Positions 39,239-49,246 of a stretch of 64,000 nucleotides of DNA are shown one piece after another (the stretch's first letter is position 1; each line of letters starts with the position of its first letter). The notes under the pieces are model-generated. The model worked only from the letters and a program-made list of their open reading frames with translations. It was not told where the DNA came from and ran no database searches. Source of the DNA: an uncultured Candidatus Saccharibacteria bacterium (GTDB lineage: Bacteria; Patescibacteriota; UBA1384; CAYGGE01); assembly GCA_964349485.1 (NCBI GenBank), contig CAYGGE010000004.1, forward strand, positions 4,628 through 68,627. Direction: 5' to 3'. The position numbers and the translations under genes were made by a program.

Positions 39239-39562
39239 GTGGGTCAACGAGAAGGAAAAGTTACGATCGACGACTTGGCGGTGATGATTGCTCACGGCTT
39301 TGACGAAGTTCACAAGAAGTTTGACCATGTTGACAAGAAGTTTGAAGCAGTTCACCAAGAGTTTGAAACTGTTCATCAAGAGTTTGAACAGGTACATACC
39401 GAACTACATGGGATCAACGAACGTCTGGATGACCATACCGAAGAACTTAAAGAGATTCGGCTTGTGCTTCGTCGCGTTGAACGTAAACAAGACTCCCAAC
39501 AGACGATCATCGACCGTCACGACGGTAGAATCACCGCTCTCGAAAGTAATTCACACCTCTAA
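39239..39562 (+). CDS. Small coiled-coil protein built from heptad-like tandem repeats (xVHxEFE)
   Basis: GTG start with an AGGAGGG SD. Protein KKFDHVDKKFEAVHQEFETVHQEFEQVHTELHG. The minus-strand ORF over the same DNA is a repeat-induced shadow. Confidence 0.5.
   Translation: MGQREGKVTIDDLAVMIAHGFDEVHKKFDHVDKKFEAVHQEFETVHQEFEQVHTELHGINERLDDHTEELKEIRLVLRRVERKQDSQQTIIDRHDGRITALESNSHL
39305..39409 (+). repeat. Tandem 21-bp repeats, about five copies, inside the coiled-coil CDS
   Basis: Units resembling GTTCAyCAAGAGTTTGAAnnn repeated head-to-tail. Confidence 0.6.
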
Positions 39563-39592
39563 AGGCTTGCGTTATGTGATACAATACACTTT

Positions 39593-40129
39593 ATGGAACA
39601 GTTGCTTAATGGTCTCAATGAACCTCTACTCAAGCTCGTCCCCAAACTACCTGAGGCCGTCCTCACCCTGGCGTTTGGTTATGTTTTACTCACTTTTGTT
39701 CACTGGTTAATTGGACATCTACTACGACTTGGGAAAACGCCAGGTACCTTGCAGGACATCCTACATTCAACCAGCTACATTGTTCTCTGGGCTTTTCTGG
39801 CACTCGTGGTCGCACGAGCTCTTGGGTTTACCAATCTTGCCCTTGTGCTTTCTGGTAGCTTGGCCGTGGGTGGTATCGCCATTGCTGCTGGCGCCAATAT
39901 ACTAATTCAAGATATCATTGCTGGCCTGTTTCTCGCCCAAGACAAAGACTTCGAGGTTGGTTTTGAGATTGAAACTAATGGGATTACCGGCATCATTAAA
40001 AAAGTAGATGCTCGGAAAATTCGACTCCAAGATAGCAAAGGCCGAACTCACGTTTTAGCCAATAGTATATTAGACCGATCGAGTTGGGTGGTCATCGACC
40101 GAGAACCAAAGACACAATCGATCAAGTAA
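39593..40129 (+). CDS. Small MscS-family mechanosensitive channel-like protein
   Basis: TM helices followed by GIAIAAGANILIQDIIAGLFLAQDKDFEVGFEIETNGITGIIKKVDARKIRLQDSKGRTHVLANSIL, which is MscS TM3-beta-domain-like. Confidence 0.55.
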   Translation: MEQLLNGLNEPLLKLVPKLPEAVLTLAFGYVLLTFVHWLIGHLLRLGKTPGTLQDILHSTSYIVLWAFLALVVARALGFTNLALVLSGSLAVGGIAIAAGANILIQDIIAGLFLAQDKDFEVGFEIETNGITGIIKKVDARKIRLQDSKGRTHVLANSILDRSSWVVIDREPKTQSIK

Positions 40130-40141
40130 TAAGGAGCCTCT

Positions 40142-41326
40142 ATGCCAAGAATAGTTTTTGACGACGATCAGAATAATGGTCAAAAGCCGCGACAAACTGG
40201 TCGCTTTTTGGTGGTCTTTTTAGTTTTAGCGCTTGTGATGGGTATGATCGGCGCTACGACTTCATTAATTATACTTTCGGAAAATGCTCCAATACGCCGT
40301 ATCCTCGGTATTAAGGAGGATGGGACATTTAATCTGGCCCGTACGGTGACCGAGAAATTGGTGATTGAAGAGAGTAATGGTTTCATTCAGACGGTTAAAA
40401 AAGTTAGTCCAGCGGTAGTCTCGATTACTACAAAGACCGAAGGGACAGATTTTTTTGGTCGGGTGATTGAGCGTGAGGGGGCAGGGACTGGGTTCATCAT
40501 CACTACCGATGGTTTGATTGTCACCAATAAGCATGTTGTGAGCGACGAGAACTCAACCTATACCGTAGCCACTACCGATGGAAAAAAGTTCGATGCGCAG
40601 GTCAAGGCGCGCGATGCTTTTGCTGATTTGGCGATACTCAAGATTGAAGCTACTGGATTGCCTGTTGTTGAGTTGGGCGACTCAGACTCGCTTGAAGTTG
40701 GTCAATGGGTGGTGGCGATCGGCAACGCACTCGGACAGTTTCAGAATTCAGTCTCGGTTGGTGTGGTCAGCGCGAAAGATCGACGACTAGATAATCAAGG
40801 TTCGACGGAGCTGACTGGTTTAGTTCAGACCGATGCGACTATCAACCCAGGTAACTCTGGTGGACCACTTGTCAACCTCAAGGGGCAAGTCATCGGTATC
40901 AATACGGCAATCGCTTCAACCACCGGTTCCTCGATCGGGATTGGTTTTGCGATTCCGGTTAACTCGGTTAAGAAAGCGATCGACTCAGTACGGAAAACTG
41001 GCAAGATTACTCGACCGATGCTCGGCGTGCGCTATGTGCCTCTTGACGCTGTTATCGCGAAAGAACTCGGCTTGAAGGTCGAAAATGGCAACCTGATTGT
41101 CGGCGAAGGTGTCAGAGCTCCCGGAGTGTTGCCGGGTGGTCCAGCCGAAAAAGCCGGTTTGCAAGAGAGAGATATCATCTTAGAACTAAACGGTGAACGG
41201 CTCGATGGCGACAAGTCGCTAGCCAGTGTGTTGAATAACTACTCCCCAGGCGAGGTAGTGACTCTGAAGGTGTTGCGGGCTGACAAAGAGTTAACCATGA
41301 AGGTGACTTTGGAAGAATTGAAGTAA
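40142..41326 (+). CDS. htrA: HtrA/DegP-family serine protease with a PDZ domain
   Basis: GTGFIITTDGLIVTNKHVV (His), D in the catalytic triad context, and GNSGGPLVNLKGQVIGINTAI (Ser). Membrane anchor and C-terminal PDZ. Confidence 0.85.
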   Translation: MPRIVFDDDQNNGQKPRQTGRFLVVFLVLALVMGMIGATTSLIILSENAPIRRILGIKEDGTFNLARTVTEKLVIEESNGFIQTVKKVSPAVVSITTKTEGTDFFGRVIEREGAGTGFIITTDGLIVTNKHVVSDENSTYTVATTDGKKFDAQVKARDAFADLAILKIEATGLPVVELGDSDSLEVGQWVVAIGNALGQFQNSVSVGVVSAKDRRLDNQGSTELTGLVQTDATINPGNSGGPLVNLKGQVIGINTAIASTTGSSIGIGFAIPVNSVKKAIDSVRKTGKITRPMLGVRYVPLDAVIAKELGLKVENGNLIVGEGVRAPGVLPGGPAEKAGLQERDIILELNGERLDGDKSLASVLNNYSPGEVVTLKVLRADKELTMKVTLEELK

Positions 41327-41352
41327 TACCATAACTGGCTTACAATACAGCG

Positions 41353-41394
41353 CGAGGCCAGGAGCATCAGCTCCTGGCCTCGGTGCGTTTTCGG
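41353..41394 (+). terminator. Intrinsic terminator after htrA
   Basis: CGAGGCCAGGAGC-atca-GCTCCTGGCCTCG, a 13-bp stem, followed by GTGCGTTTTCGG. Confidence 0.65.
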
Positions 41395-41413
41395 ACAGTT
41401 GGTTATGTTCCGT

Positions 41414-41827
41414 CTACTTATTGATCTGATCGAATACGCGCGTAACATATTGGATCAGTTCGATCTGGTTGAACGGTTTCTTTAGGAAGCAATCAACCCC
41501 GCTCTGCCATGCCCTGAACACGTCGGCGTCCGTCGCTTTCTCGGACAACACGAAGAACGGGATATCAGCCGTATTTGGATCTTGCTTGAGTTCACGCAAC
41601 AGCGCGTACCCATCCATGTACGGCAAGGTGATTTCAGTCACCACCATGTCTGGGGTTTCGCTACGCACTTTCTCGAGTGCTTCACGGCCGTCGTAAGCGA
41701 CTATCACGTCATAGCCGGCACGCATCAATGCATGTTCCACTAACCTGGTGATATTATGCTCTTTGTCCACCACCAGGATCTTCCTGGGCATGCTGTTCTC
41801 CTTTCCTGTCACAGCCCGTTGTGGCAA
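41414..41827 (-). CDS. Atypical single-domain receiver protein (phospho-acceptor Asp replaced by Glu)
   Basis: Aligns to CheY with VVDKE instead of DD, VVTEITLPYMDG (E at the D57 position), a Ser at the T87 position and a conserved Lys (LKKPF). Confidence 0.65.
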   Translation of the reverse strand: MPQRAVTGKENSMPRKILVVDKEHNITRLVEHALMRAGYDVIVAYDGREALEKVRSETPDMVVTEITLPYMDGYALLRELKQDPNTADIPFFVLSEKATDADVFRAWQSGVDCFLKKPFNQIELIQYVTRVFDQINK

Positions 41828-41858
41828 AGTCTACCTGAAACATGCCTAACTCGCAACC

Positions 41859-42272
41859 TTACCAGCGGTGGGCTGTTCCCGGGTAGAGGATCCTTTGGAT
41901 GAAGACATCCAACATTCTCAGGTCTAGAGGCAAGTCTAGAACACAATCTGCACCCGCAGCCCAGGCTCTATGAGCCTGATCGTCACTGCTTAGCATAATC
42001 ACCGGCATGTCACGAGTTACTGGATCTGCCTTGATTGTCCTTAGGATCTGCCAGCCATCACGATCGGCAGGTCCATCGGCATATGTGACTACTAGCGAAA
42101 TATTCACGTTGGATCTGACCCACTCGAGTCCTTGGCTGGCGAGATCGGTAGCCAAGGTCTTGTAAGCTCGTCTCTCTAAACACCTGACGATTTGTGCACT
42201 AAAGCACTCTTCGGCGATCACTAAGATCGTACGCGTTCCATCCATCCTTTTTCTCCATTTTCTCCATCGCAA
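41859..42272 (-). CDS. Degenerate receiver-like domain protein (pseudo-receiver)
   Basis: IAEE instead of DD, LVVTYADGPADRDG with no clear phospho-acceptor Asp, and no Lys at the K109 position (CVLDLPLD). Confidence 0.5.
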   Translation of the reverse strand: MRWRKWRKRMDGTRTILVIAEECFSAQIVRCLERRAYKTLATDLASQGLEWVRSNVNISLVVTYADGPADRDGWQILRTIKADPVTRDMPVIMLSSDDQAHRAWAAGADCVLDLPLDLRMLDVFIQRILYPGTAHRW

Positions 42273-42308
42273 AGTGCCTGGTCATTATATCCGAACCCGT
42301 AGCTCAAG

Positions 42309-43205
42309 TCAACTGCCAACATGCTCAGTCATTAACATGTAGCGATCCAAACCTCGTAAATCTTTCCATACTTGCATCTTGGCCTTTGGCCAGAAAGATC
42401 GCATCAGCTTATGCATTAACTCTCCTTGAGTCTCGTCAATCTCACAAAAAATGGCTCGAGGGACCTTTCTTGAATCGACTAGTTTTTTGAATAGTTGTCG
42501 GTAAAGATCCAGTCCGTCTACTCCTCCGTCTAAGGCCAGAGAGGGTTCAAAGTCTTTGACATCTGCATCAAGTTTTGCGATGCGCTGGTGCGGCACATAG
42601 GGCAAGTTAGCGACAATGACTGGCTGATCTTCGAGTAACTCATCACTGTCCTCGGGCAGTAAATCAGCGCAGATAAATGTTATGACTTCCTGAAGCCCAT
42701 TGGCCACAGCGTTCGCACGGGCAACCTCTATTGCCGCATTCGAGACATCAATCGCATATATTTGTGGGGTGGTATCTGGACCTGCTGAAAGTTTGGTGGC
42801 GAGAGCGATAGCGATGTCCCCGCTACCGGTGCCGAGGTCAATAATCTTGCTTACCGGTTGTTGGTCGTGAGCGGCTTGCTGGGTAAAATCGACTACAAAC
42901 TTAACGAGTTCTTCCGTTTCTGGACGGGGGATTAGAACGTCTGGTGTGACTTTGAGTTTTAGGCCACAGAAATAGGTTTCACCCGTGATGTAGGCGACCG
43001 GTTCGTGTTTAGCTCGGCGATAGAGGAGTTGCTGGTATGAATTGAACTGTTTGTTCGATATTGCATGGTTGGCATCACGAAACAATTCGGTCCAGTTTTT
43101 ATTGACTACCCCTTGCAACAACAGTCGAGCTGAGCTGATCGGATCGATAACTGCAGTTTGTTGGAGTTGCCTGACTCCTTGTTTGAGAGCGTCACCAATT
43201 GTCAT
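42309..43205 (-). CDS. prmC: Release factor glutamine N5-methyltransferase
   Basis: SAM motif IIDLGTGSGDIAIALA and substrate motif NLPY (NPPY family). Confidence 0.85.
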   Translation of the reverse strand: MTIGDALKQGVRQLQQTAVIDPISSARLLLQGVVNKNWTELFRDANHAISNKQFNSYQQLLYRRAKHEPVAYITGETYFCGLKLKVTPDVLIPRPETEELVKFVVDFTQQAAHDQQPVSKIIDLGTGSGDIAIALATKLSAGPDTTPQIYAIDVSNAAIEVARANAVANGLQEVITFICADLLPEDSDELLEDQPVIVANLPYVPHQRIAKLDADVKDFEPSLALDGGVDGLDLYRQLFKKLVDSRKVPRAIFCEIDETQGELMHKLMRSFWPKAKMQVWKDLRGLDRYMLMTEHVGS

Positions 43206-44086
43206 TACTCTACTTCGGTTATCAATTCGGCATCGGCTTCTTGGAGGGCTACGATAATATTGTCAATATTACCTTCGAGGATGTTTTCGATCTTAAACCA
43301 ACTTTTGCCGATTCGGTGGTCGGTGATTCGGTCTTGGGGAAAATTGTAGGTCCGGATCTTGTCGCCTCGGTCACCGGAACCGATCATGCTCTTACGAATA
43401 TCGCCCTTGGCTTGGCGTTCTTGGGCTAGCTGATGGTCGTAGAGGCGTGAAGCTAAGACATTCATCGCTTTTGTCTTATTCTGAAGTTGACTGCGTTCGT
43501 CTTGGCAGATGACTACAATGCCGGTCGGCAGGTGAGTGATACGTACGGCTGAATCAGTTGTGTTTACACTCTGGCCGCCATGTCCACCGGACCGGTAGAC
43601 ATCAATTTTGAGATCATCGGGCTTAATTTCGACTTCCCGAGCTTCAACCTCAGGCATGACCACAACCGAAACGGCAGAAGTGTGAATCCGACCGCTTTTT
43701 TCGGTTTTTGGTACGCGTTGGACTCGATGAACTCCACCCTCATATTTCAAGGTTTGATAGACGTGATCGCCGGTCACTTCAGCAACGACTTGTTTGAGTC
43801 CGCCGAGATCGGAGATGTTTGAATCAAGGATCTTCAGCTTAAAGCCAACTCGGTCACAGTATTTTTGATACATGCGAAACAACTCAGAGGCAAATAGCTC
43901 GGACTCATCACCTCCAGTGCCAGGACGGACTTCGAGGATGACGTTGCGTTGGTTTTCAGGGTTAGCAGAGGCAATATCTTTACGAAGGCGCTTGGCTTCC
44001 TCTTCGGCCATCGCTCGAAGCTCCTGATCGTTGCCGTTTTTGGCGATGTCCAGCGCGTCAGCTAATTGTTGTTCTAAGTCGGTCAT
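43205..44086 (-). CDS. prfA: Peptide chain release factor 1
   Basis: GGQ motif [24 protein letters not shown] and a PxT-type tripeptide region (PKT). Start taken at MTDLEQQ. Confidence 0.9.
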   Translation of the reverse strand: MTDLEQQLADALDIAKNGNDQELRAMAEEEAKRLRKDIASANPENQRNVILEVRPGTGGDESELFASELFRMYQKYCDRVGFKLKILDSNISDLGGLKQVVAEVTGDHVYQTLKYEGGVHRVQRVPKTEKSGRIHTSAVSVVVMPEVEAREVEIKPDDLKIDVYRSGGHGGQSVNTTDSAVRITHLPTGIVVICQDERSQLQNKTKAMNVLASRLYDHQLAQERQAKGDIRKSMIGSGDRGDKIRTYNFPQDRITDHRIGKSWFKIENILEGNIDNIIVALQEADAELITEVE

Positions 44087-44217
44087 GCGACAAGTATACC
44101 TGAAGGTGAGATTGAGTTCAAGGTTCAGAATGAGACGTGGCGCTTGACTTTCAGGGAAAAATAGCATACGCTATGACAGCTTTTCAGGTTGACAGTTGAA
44201 AGGTAAGGGTTAAAAAC

Positions 44218-44484
44218 ATGAGCCAGCCGTTGGCTAGGGTTGTGCTGGGTAGGGGTGATGAGCAGTGCGTCGTTGAGCTGAGGATCGACGATCTATACCT
44301 CACGATCATTGGACTACAGTTCGAAGAGGACAAGGCAGAATCATTCGTTATCGCTGCCAGGGGCTATCGGTCTCGGGCAGAATCGTCTCTGGTGTCGTTT
44401 GAGCGTACCCAGACGGCGTGTCAACTCGAGATGATTGTGGACCTACTAAGAGAAGGTTACCAAGTCATCTCGATCAGCCGCTAG
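44218..44484 (+). CDS. Hypothetical small protein, 88 aa
   Basis: ORF with its own downstream hairpin terminator; no recognisable motif. Confidence 0.35.
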   Translation: MSQPLARVVLGRGDEQCVVELRIDDLYLTIIGLQFEEDKAESFVIAARGYRSRAESSLVSFERTQTACQLEMIVDLLREGYQVISISR

Positions 44485-44532
44485 AGGGAGCACGACGGAC
44501 CTGACTAGTTCCGACGACCGTCAATGTAAGCA

Positions 44533-44572
44533 TATCGGCCCCGGGCGCTGTCCCAGGGCCGATATTGTTTTA
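44533..44572 (+). terminator. Intrinsic terminator
   Basis: TATCGGCCC-loop-GGGCCGATA followed by TTGTTTTAGG. Confidence 0.5.
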
Positions 44573-44682
44573 GGCCATCATTCAATCATAATGGCCTTGC
44601 CAGTTCAATAAGAATATGGTACAGTTACCAAGAAATATCAGGCCGTATCCCTATTCATGAGACTCGGCTACGAAAGGAACGC

Positions 44683-44943
44683 ATGAAACCAAACCTTCAC
44701 CCAGTCTATCATCAGGCGACTGTTACCTGCGCATGTGGAAATAGTTTTGTCGTCGGTTCAACCATTGAGTCATACAAGGTTGAGATCTGCAGTAATTGCC
44801 ACCCATTTTACACCGGTAAAGCGAAATACATCGACACCGCTGGTCGCATGGACAAATTCGCTGCTCGCCTTGCCAAACAGGCTGAGATTACGAGTGCAGC
44901 TGCTACGAAGAAACCACGTAAGAGTAACAAAAAAGAAGAGTAA
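44683..44943 (+). CDS. rpmE: 50S ribosomal protein L31
   Basis: [27 protein letters not shown]...[11 protein letters not shown] (Zn-binding Cys) with a C-terminal basic extension. Confidence 0.85.
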   Translation: MKPNLHPVYHQATVTCACGNSFVVGSTIESYKVEICSNCHPFYTGKAKYIDTAGRMDKFAARLAKQAEITSAAATKKPRKSNKKEE

Positions 44944-45045
44944 ATTGTTCACTACTCGTTTTTAATTATTAATTGATACGGCCGATGAGTGCCAAGCGAT
45001 CCGCCGCGGTGGACGCGCCAAGAAATCTCATCTAGAAAGCAAAAC

Positions 45046-45972
45046 ATGTATATTCCTACAATTCCGACCCTTCGCCAACTCATGACCAGTGGTGCACACT
45101 TTGGACACAAGAAAGAACGCTCACATCCAAAGTCCCGTCCATTTACTTACACCTTACGTGAAGGCATCTACATTATCGATCTCCAAAAGACTCAGGAAAT
45201 GTTGCAACAGGCTCTAATCGTCTTGGCGGGTATGGCTAGTGCCGGCAAAACGATCTTGTTTGTGGGAACTAAACCCCAAGCCGCCGACATCGTCAAAGCG
45301 GCCGCGCAGAAGTCAGGCATGCCTTATCTGGTCAATCGATGGCCCGGTGGCTTGCTGACCAACTTTGAAACTGTGTTACAAAACCTGAAGAATATCGATC
45401 TCATGGAAGCTCAAATTGCTGATCCGTTGAGTCTCATCAAGACTAAGAAAGAGAAGCGGGTACTGGCTGAAAAGATTCATAAATCGAACGATATGTTAGG
45501 CGGGATTCGAGAGCTCAAAGGTCTGCCCGACGCCTTGTTTGTTGTCGATGCTGTGGCCGAAAACACTGCGGTGACTGAAGCGACAAAACTTGGCCTGCCG
45601 ATTATTGCCATCTGTGATACCAACGCTAACCCTGAGCGTATTGCTTACCCGATTCCCGCTAACGATGACGCTAATGGTGCGATCGAACTGATTGTTGGCC
45701 TGGTTAGTGATGTGATTGCAGGCAATAAGGCCTCAATGCCTGTTAAGGAACAGTCAATAGAGCTTCCTAAACCAGTAGTTCAAACTATGGAAGCTGAAAC
45801 AGCAACGGCTGTGGTAGAAGAAGAGACCGTCACGACAGTAGTTAACGAAGAAGTTACGAATTCGACTGATGAAGTAGCGTCCAAAGAAGCTAAACAGTCA
45901 AAAAGCGAAAAAGCTACCCCGAAGACAGTAGCGAAGAAACCAACTACAAAAAAGACTGCAACGAAGAAGTAG
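45046..45972 (+). CDS. rpsB: 30S ribosomal protein S2
   Basis: LMTSGAHFGHKKERSHPK...GIYIIDLQKT and a Lys/Thr-rich C-terminal tail. Confidence 0.9.
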   Translation: MYIPTIPTLRQLMTSGAHFGHKKERSHPKSRPFTYTLREGIYIIDLQKTQEMLQQALIVLAGMASAGKTILFVGTKPQAADIVKAAAQKSGMPYLVNRWPGGLLTNFETVLQNLKNIDLMEAQIADPLSLIKTKKEKRVLAEKIHKSNDMLGGIRELKGLPDALFVVDAVAENTAVTEATKLGLPIIAICDTNANPERIAYPIPANDDANGAIELIVGLVSDVIAGNKASMPVKEQSIELPKPVVQTMEAETATAVVEEETVTTVVNEEVTNSTDEVASKEAKQSKSEKATPKTVAKKPTTKKTATKK

Positions 45973-45997
45973 TTAACATTTATTCTGAAGGAGTCTC

Positions 45998-46456
45998 ATG
46001 GACATTAAAGCAACTGAAGTTAATGAACTGCGAAAGCGAACCGGCATTGGTCTCATGGATGCTAAGAAAGCCTTGATTGAGGCCAATGGTGACATGGATA
46101 AAGCGATTGAAGCGTTGAAAGCCAAAGGCGCCGCTGTGGCCGCTAAGAAATCTGACCGTTCGACTGGTGAAGGCATGGTTGAAACCTATATTCACGCTGG
46201 TCGTATCGGTGTCATGGTCGAAGTGAACTGCGAAACCGATTTTGTGGCTCGCAATGAAGAGTTTCGGGGCTTTGCTCACGATGTAGCGATGCAAATTGCC
46301 TCCATGGCCCCGGCATCGGTTGATGATTTATATGAACAACCTTTTATCAAGGACTCCAGTCGAACGATCCGCGATCTGCGTTACGACTTGGTCCAAAAGA
46401 TCGGCGAGAACATTCAAGTCAGTCGATTTATTCGATATGAATTAGGGGGAGAATAA
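45998..46456 (+). CDS. tsf: Elongation factor Ts, short form
   Basis: ELRKRTGIGLMDAKKALIEANGDMDKAIEALKAKG (UBA-like N-terminus), 152 aa. It keeps the conserved rpsB-tsf adjacency. Confidence 0.85.
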   Translation: MDIKATEVNELRKRTGIGLMDAKKALIEANGDMDKAIEALKAKGAAVAAKKSDRSTGEGMVETYIHAGRIGVMVEVNCETDFVARNEEFRGFAHDVAMQIASMAPASVDDLYEQPFIKDSSRTIRDLRYDLVQKIGENIQVSRFIRYELGGE

Positions 46457-46460
46457 GCCG

Positions 46461-46910
46461 GTGGCAGACCAAGCCAATCGACTATCCCGTCCGATAAGAA
46501 TTATGGCCAGTGGGGTATTTGATTTGCTCCATCCCGGCCATATTTTTTATCTTGAGCAGGCGAAGCAGCTTGGGGATGAGCTTGTGGTGGTTGTAGCTAA
46601 TGATACAGTAGCCAAACAATCAAAGCCTAACCTTATCTTTAGTGCCAATGATCGTAAGCGCATGGTGGCGGCCTTGGCGGTAGTAGATAAAGTTGTCGTG
46701 CCTAGAGAGACCGATCCGAAACGCTACTATCGTACAGTTTTAGACATCAATCCAAGGATTATCGTCTTGGGATATAACCAAACATTTACCGAACAAAAAC
46801 TCCTGGATGAATTAGTTGACTATGGCTGGAAAGGTCAGGTGGTTCGGGCTGAACAGTACCCAGAAGAAGAGATTTCTAGTACGATAGTCAAGAACAAAGT
46901 ACGAAGTTGA
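46461..46910 (+). CDS. Cytidylyltransferase-like (HxGH nucleotidyltransferase) domain protein
   Basis: [13 protein letters not shown] motif. GTG start; an alternative ATG lies at 46503. Confidence 0.55.
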   Translation: MADQANRLSRPIRIMASGVFDLLHPGHIFYLEQAKQLGDELVVVVANDTVAKQSKPNLIFSANDRKRMVAALAVVDKVVVPRETDPKRYYRTVLDINPRIIVLGYNQTFTEQKLLDELVDYGWKGQVVRAEQYPEEEISSTIVKNKVRS

Positions 46911-46920
46911 GAGGTATATA

Positions 46921-47628
46921 ATGCCAAAATATAAGCGAGTATTACTGAAGTTGTCTGGCGAAGCTTTGTTGGGAGAGCGAGAGTATGGCATTGATCCGAA
47001 GATGGCAATACGATTAGGTGAAGAGATCAAGGAAGTCATCGCAAGCGGTACGCAATTAGCAATTGTGGTCGGCGGTGGCAATATCTTCAGAGGCTATGCG
47101 GCTAGTGTTAACGGCATGGATCGGGCGACTGCAGACTATATGGGCATGATCGCCACGGTTATGAATGCGTTAGCACTACAAGAGGCTTTTGAAAAACTGA
47201 AGATCGAAACTCGTGTCCAAAGCGCCTTAGCCATCCCACAGGTTGCTGAACCTTACATTAGACGTCGAGCAATACGTCACTTAGAGAAGGGCAGGGTAGT
47301 CATCCTCGCCGCTGGTTCAGGTGATCCATACTTCACGACTGACACGGCTGCAGTGCTCCGAGCCTGCGAGATCGGGGCGGAAGTCCTCCTTAAAGCGACG
47401 AAAGTCGATGGCATATTTGACGCCGATCCAGTTGCTAACCCGACTGCCAAAAAATATGACACGGTGACCTACCAAGAAGTTATTGAGAAGCGTCTTAATG
47501 TGATGGACGCTTCTGGAATCGGTTTAGCCAGGGATAATCACATGCCGCTGGTAGTCTTTAATTTAACCCAGCATGGCAATATAAAACGGGTGATCGATGG
47601 CGAAGCGATAGGGACAATTGTAAAATAA
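46921..47628 (+). CDS. pyrH: UMP kinase
   Basis: [12 protein letters not shown] and [10 protein letters not shown]. Confidence 0.9.
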   Translation: MPKYKRVLLKLSGEALLGEREYGIDPKMAIRLGEEIKEVIASGTQLAIVVGGGNIFRGYAASVNGMDRATADYMGMIATVMNALALQEAFEKLKIETRVQSALAIPQVAEPYIRRRAIRHLEKGRVVILAAGSGDPYFTTDTAAVLRACEIGAEVLLKATKVDGIFDADPVANPTAKKYDTVTYQEVIEKRLNVMDASGIGLARDNHMPLVVFNLTQHGNIKRVIDGEAIGTIVK

Positions 47629-47650
47629 TTGTATTATAGAAAGGACTACT

Positions 47651-48211
47651 ATGGCACTCGCCGATATCTACACCAAAACTAAACCCAAAATGCAAGAAGC
47701 ATTAGACAGATTTAATGAGAGTTTGAAGACAATCCATACCGGTCGGGCGTCGAGCAACTTGGTTGATGACATTCTAATCGAGTCTTATGGTTCACGTGTC
47801 TCACTCAAACAGGTGGCGAACGTTGCGACTCCCGATGCAACACTTGTCACAATCACTCCATGGGATAAGGCGAATCTCGGACCGATCGAGTCAGCCATCC
47901 GCGAATCAGGTCGCAACCTGAACCCAACCAACGACGGTACGACAATTCGTATCACCTTGCCTCCCATGAGCCAAGAACGACGAGAAGAGTTCGTCAAGCT
48001 GGTACACAAGATGGCGGAAGAGACCCGGATCGGCCTGCGCAATATCCGAAAAGATGCATGGGAAGAAGTTCAAAAACAAGAGAGAGACGGTGCACTGACT
48101 GAAGATGATAGATATGGTGGTGAAAAAGAGCTGAACAAGATGATTGAAGAGTTTAATGAAAAGATCATGCAACTCATCGTCACGAAAGAGAAAGAGATCC
48201 GAACAATATAG
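47651..48211 (+). CDS. frr: Ribosome recycling factor
   Basis: 186 aa; ...LKTIHTGRAS...; conserved pyrH-frr order. Confidence 0.9.
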   Translation: MALADIYTKTKPKMQEALDRFNESLKTIHTGRASSNLVDDILIESYGSRVSLKQVANVATPDATLVTITPWDKANLGPIESAIRESGRNLNPTNDGTTIRITLPPMSQERREEFVKLVHKMAEETRIGLRNIRKDAWEEVQKQERDGALTEDDRYGGEKELNKMIEEFNEKIMQLIVTKEKEIRTI

Positions 48212-48231
48212 TAAATCGCATGAATAACGGC

Positions 48232-48268
48232 AAAGGGCCGGCACCTACTGGTGCCGGCCCTTTGTTTA
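48232..48268. terminator. Bidirectional intrinsic terminator
   Basis: AAAGGGCCGGCACC-tact-GGTGCCGGCCCTTT followed by GTTTAGTG. Confidence 0.6.
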
Positions 48269-49246
48269 GTGCCTGACTTTAGGCCACCTGACGTTGCCGT
48301 CCGGTGCTAGTCTGACCAGCCGGTCATCCCACCACTCGATTTCTGACCAAACGGCCGTGTCGTGGGTGGTGGTCATGAACCGGCCGGGCTTGTTGGTGTC
48401 GATCTCAGTGACTGACAAGCAATCGCTAGTCAGGATCGCCACTCGGTAGATGCTTGCTTTATAGCTGGGATCAAACCTCACATCTCTCACGGCACTCGCC
48501 TTGTTAGGTGTCGTGTAGATAGCAGGCAAGGTCACTGGCAGGCTGGACTCGATGTCCCAGAGGACGGCGAGCTCACCCCCAGCGACGGCCAGATATCTGT
48601 CGTCTGGCGAGAATTCCATGGTGACGACTGGCGAGCATTCGCTCTCGTCTTTTAGGCTAGTTTTTTGTCTCCCGCCGTACATGATCGACACAACGGTTAT
48701 TGTCCCGTCAACCTCAGCCCAAGCGATCCGGTGACCGCTTGGGGAGATCGCAAGAGCAGTGATCATTTGATCACCTTGTCCTAGGAGATCCAATCCTCTG
48801 GCGGATTGCAAGACCACTCGATAGTAGTCATCATTTCGAGTGACCATACATAACTCGCCGCCTCGACTGACCGCGATCTGACGGACCATATCAGGTAATC
48901 CTTCGATCCAGCATGCCTGCTGGTTAAGGCAGTGGACCTGACCATGCGCATCAAGGGTGTACACCTTTGTGGCACTTTCTGAGAGGCCGATCTGGGTCAC
49001 TGGTGCCGTTCTGCCTCTTGCCTGTCTTTTGGTCTTAGCGGTGCTTAAGGTATCGACAATCTTGACGGTACCGTCAGTCATGCCGAAGACCAGAGTGTTC
49101 CCTGTGGCCGCCATGCTGGTGACCGTCGCTTCACGTCTGCATAAGGCGAACGGAATAGCAAGGACAGCTAGAATGATGCCTACACTCCAACACACTGCCG
49201 TATCTGTTCGAGACATGTTTTCCCTCTCCCCGACAAGGACCGGCAA
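48266..49246 (-). CDS. Membrane-anchored WD40-like beta-propeller protein
   Basis: N-terminal TM helix, then repeated ...DGTVKIVD..., SPSGHRIAWAEVDGTITVV and SPDDRYLAVAGGELAVLWD blades. GC-rich. Confidence 0.55.
   Translation of the reverse strand: MPVLVGERENMSRTDTAVCWSVGIILAVLAIPFALCRREATVTSMAATGNTLVFGMTDGTVKIVDTLSTAKTKRQARGRTAPVTQIGLSESATKVYTLDAHGQVHCLNQQACWIEGLPDMVRQIAVSRGGELCMVTRNDDYYRVVLQSARGLDLLGQGDQMITALAISPSGHRIAWAEVDGTITVVSIMYGGRQKTSLKDESECSPVVTMEFSPDDRYLAVAGGELAVLWDIESSLPVTLPAIYTTPNKASAVRDVRFDPSYKASIYRVAILTSDCLSVTEIDTNKPGRFMTTTHDTAVWSEIEWWDDRLVRLAPDGNVRWPKVRH

Noticed and set aside
39194-39397. 67-aa minus-strand ORF with its own internal repeats (FKLLVN)
   Set aside because: It is the mirror image of the 21-bp tandem repeats in the plus-strand coiled-coil gene. 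It has no SD, and the plus-strand gene has a clear AGGAGGG SD and a GTG start.
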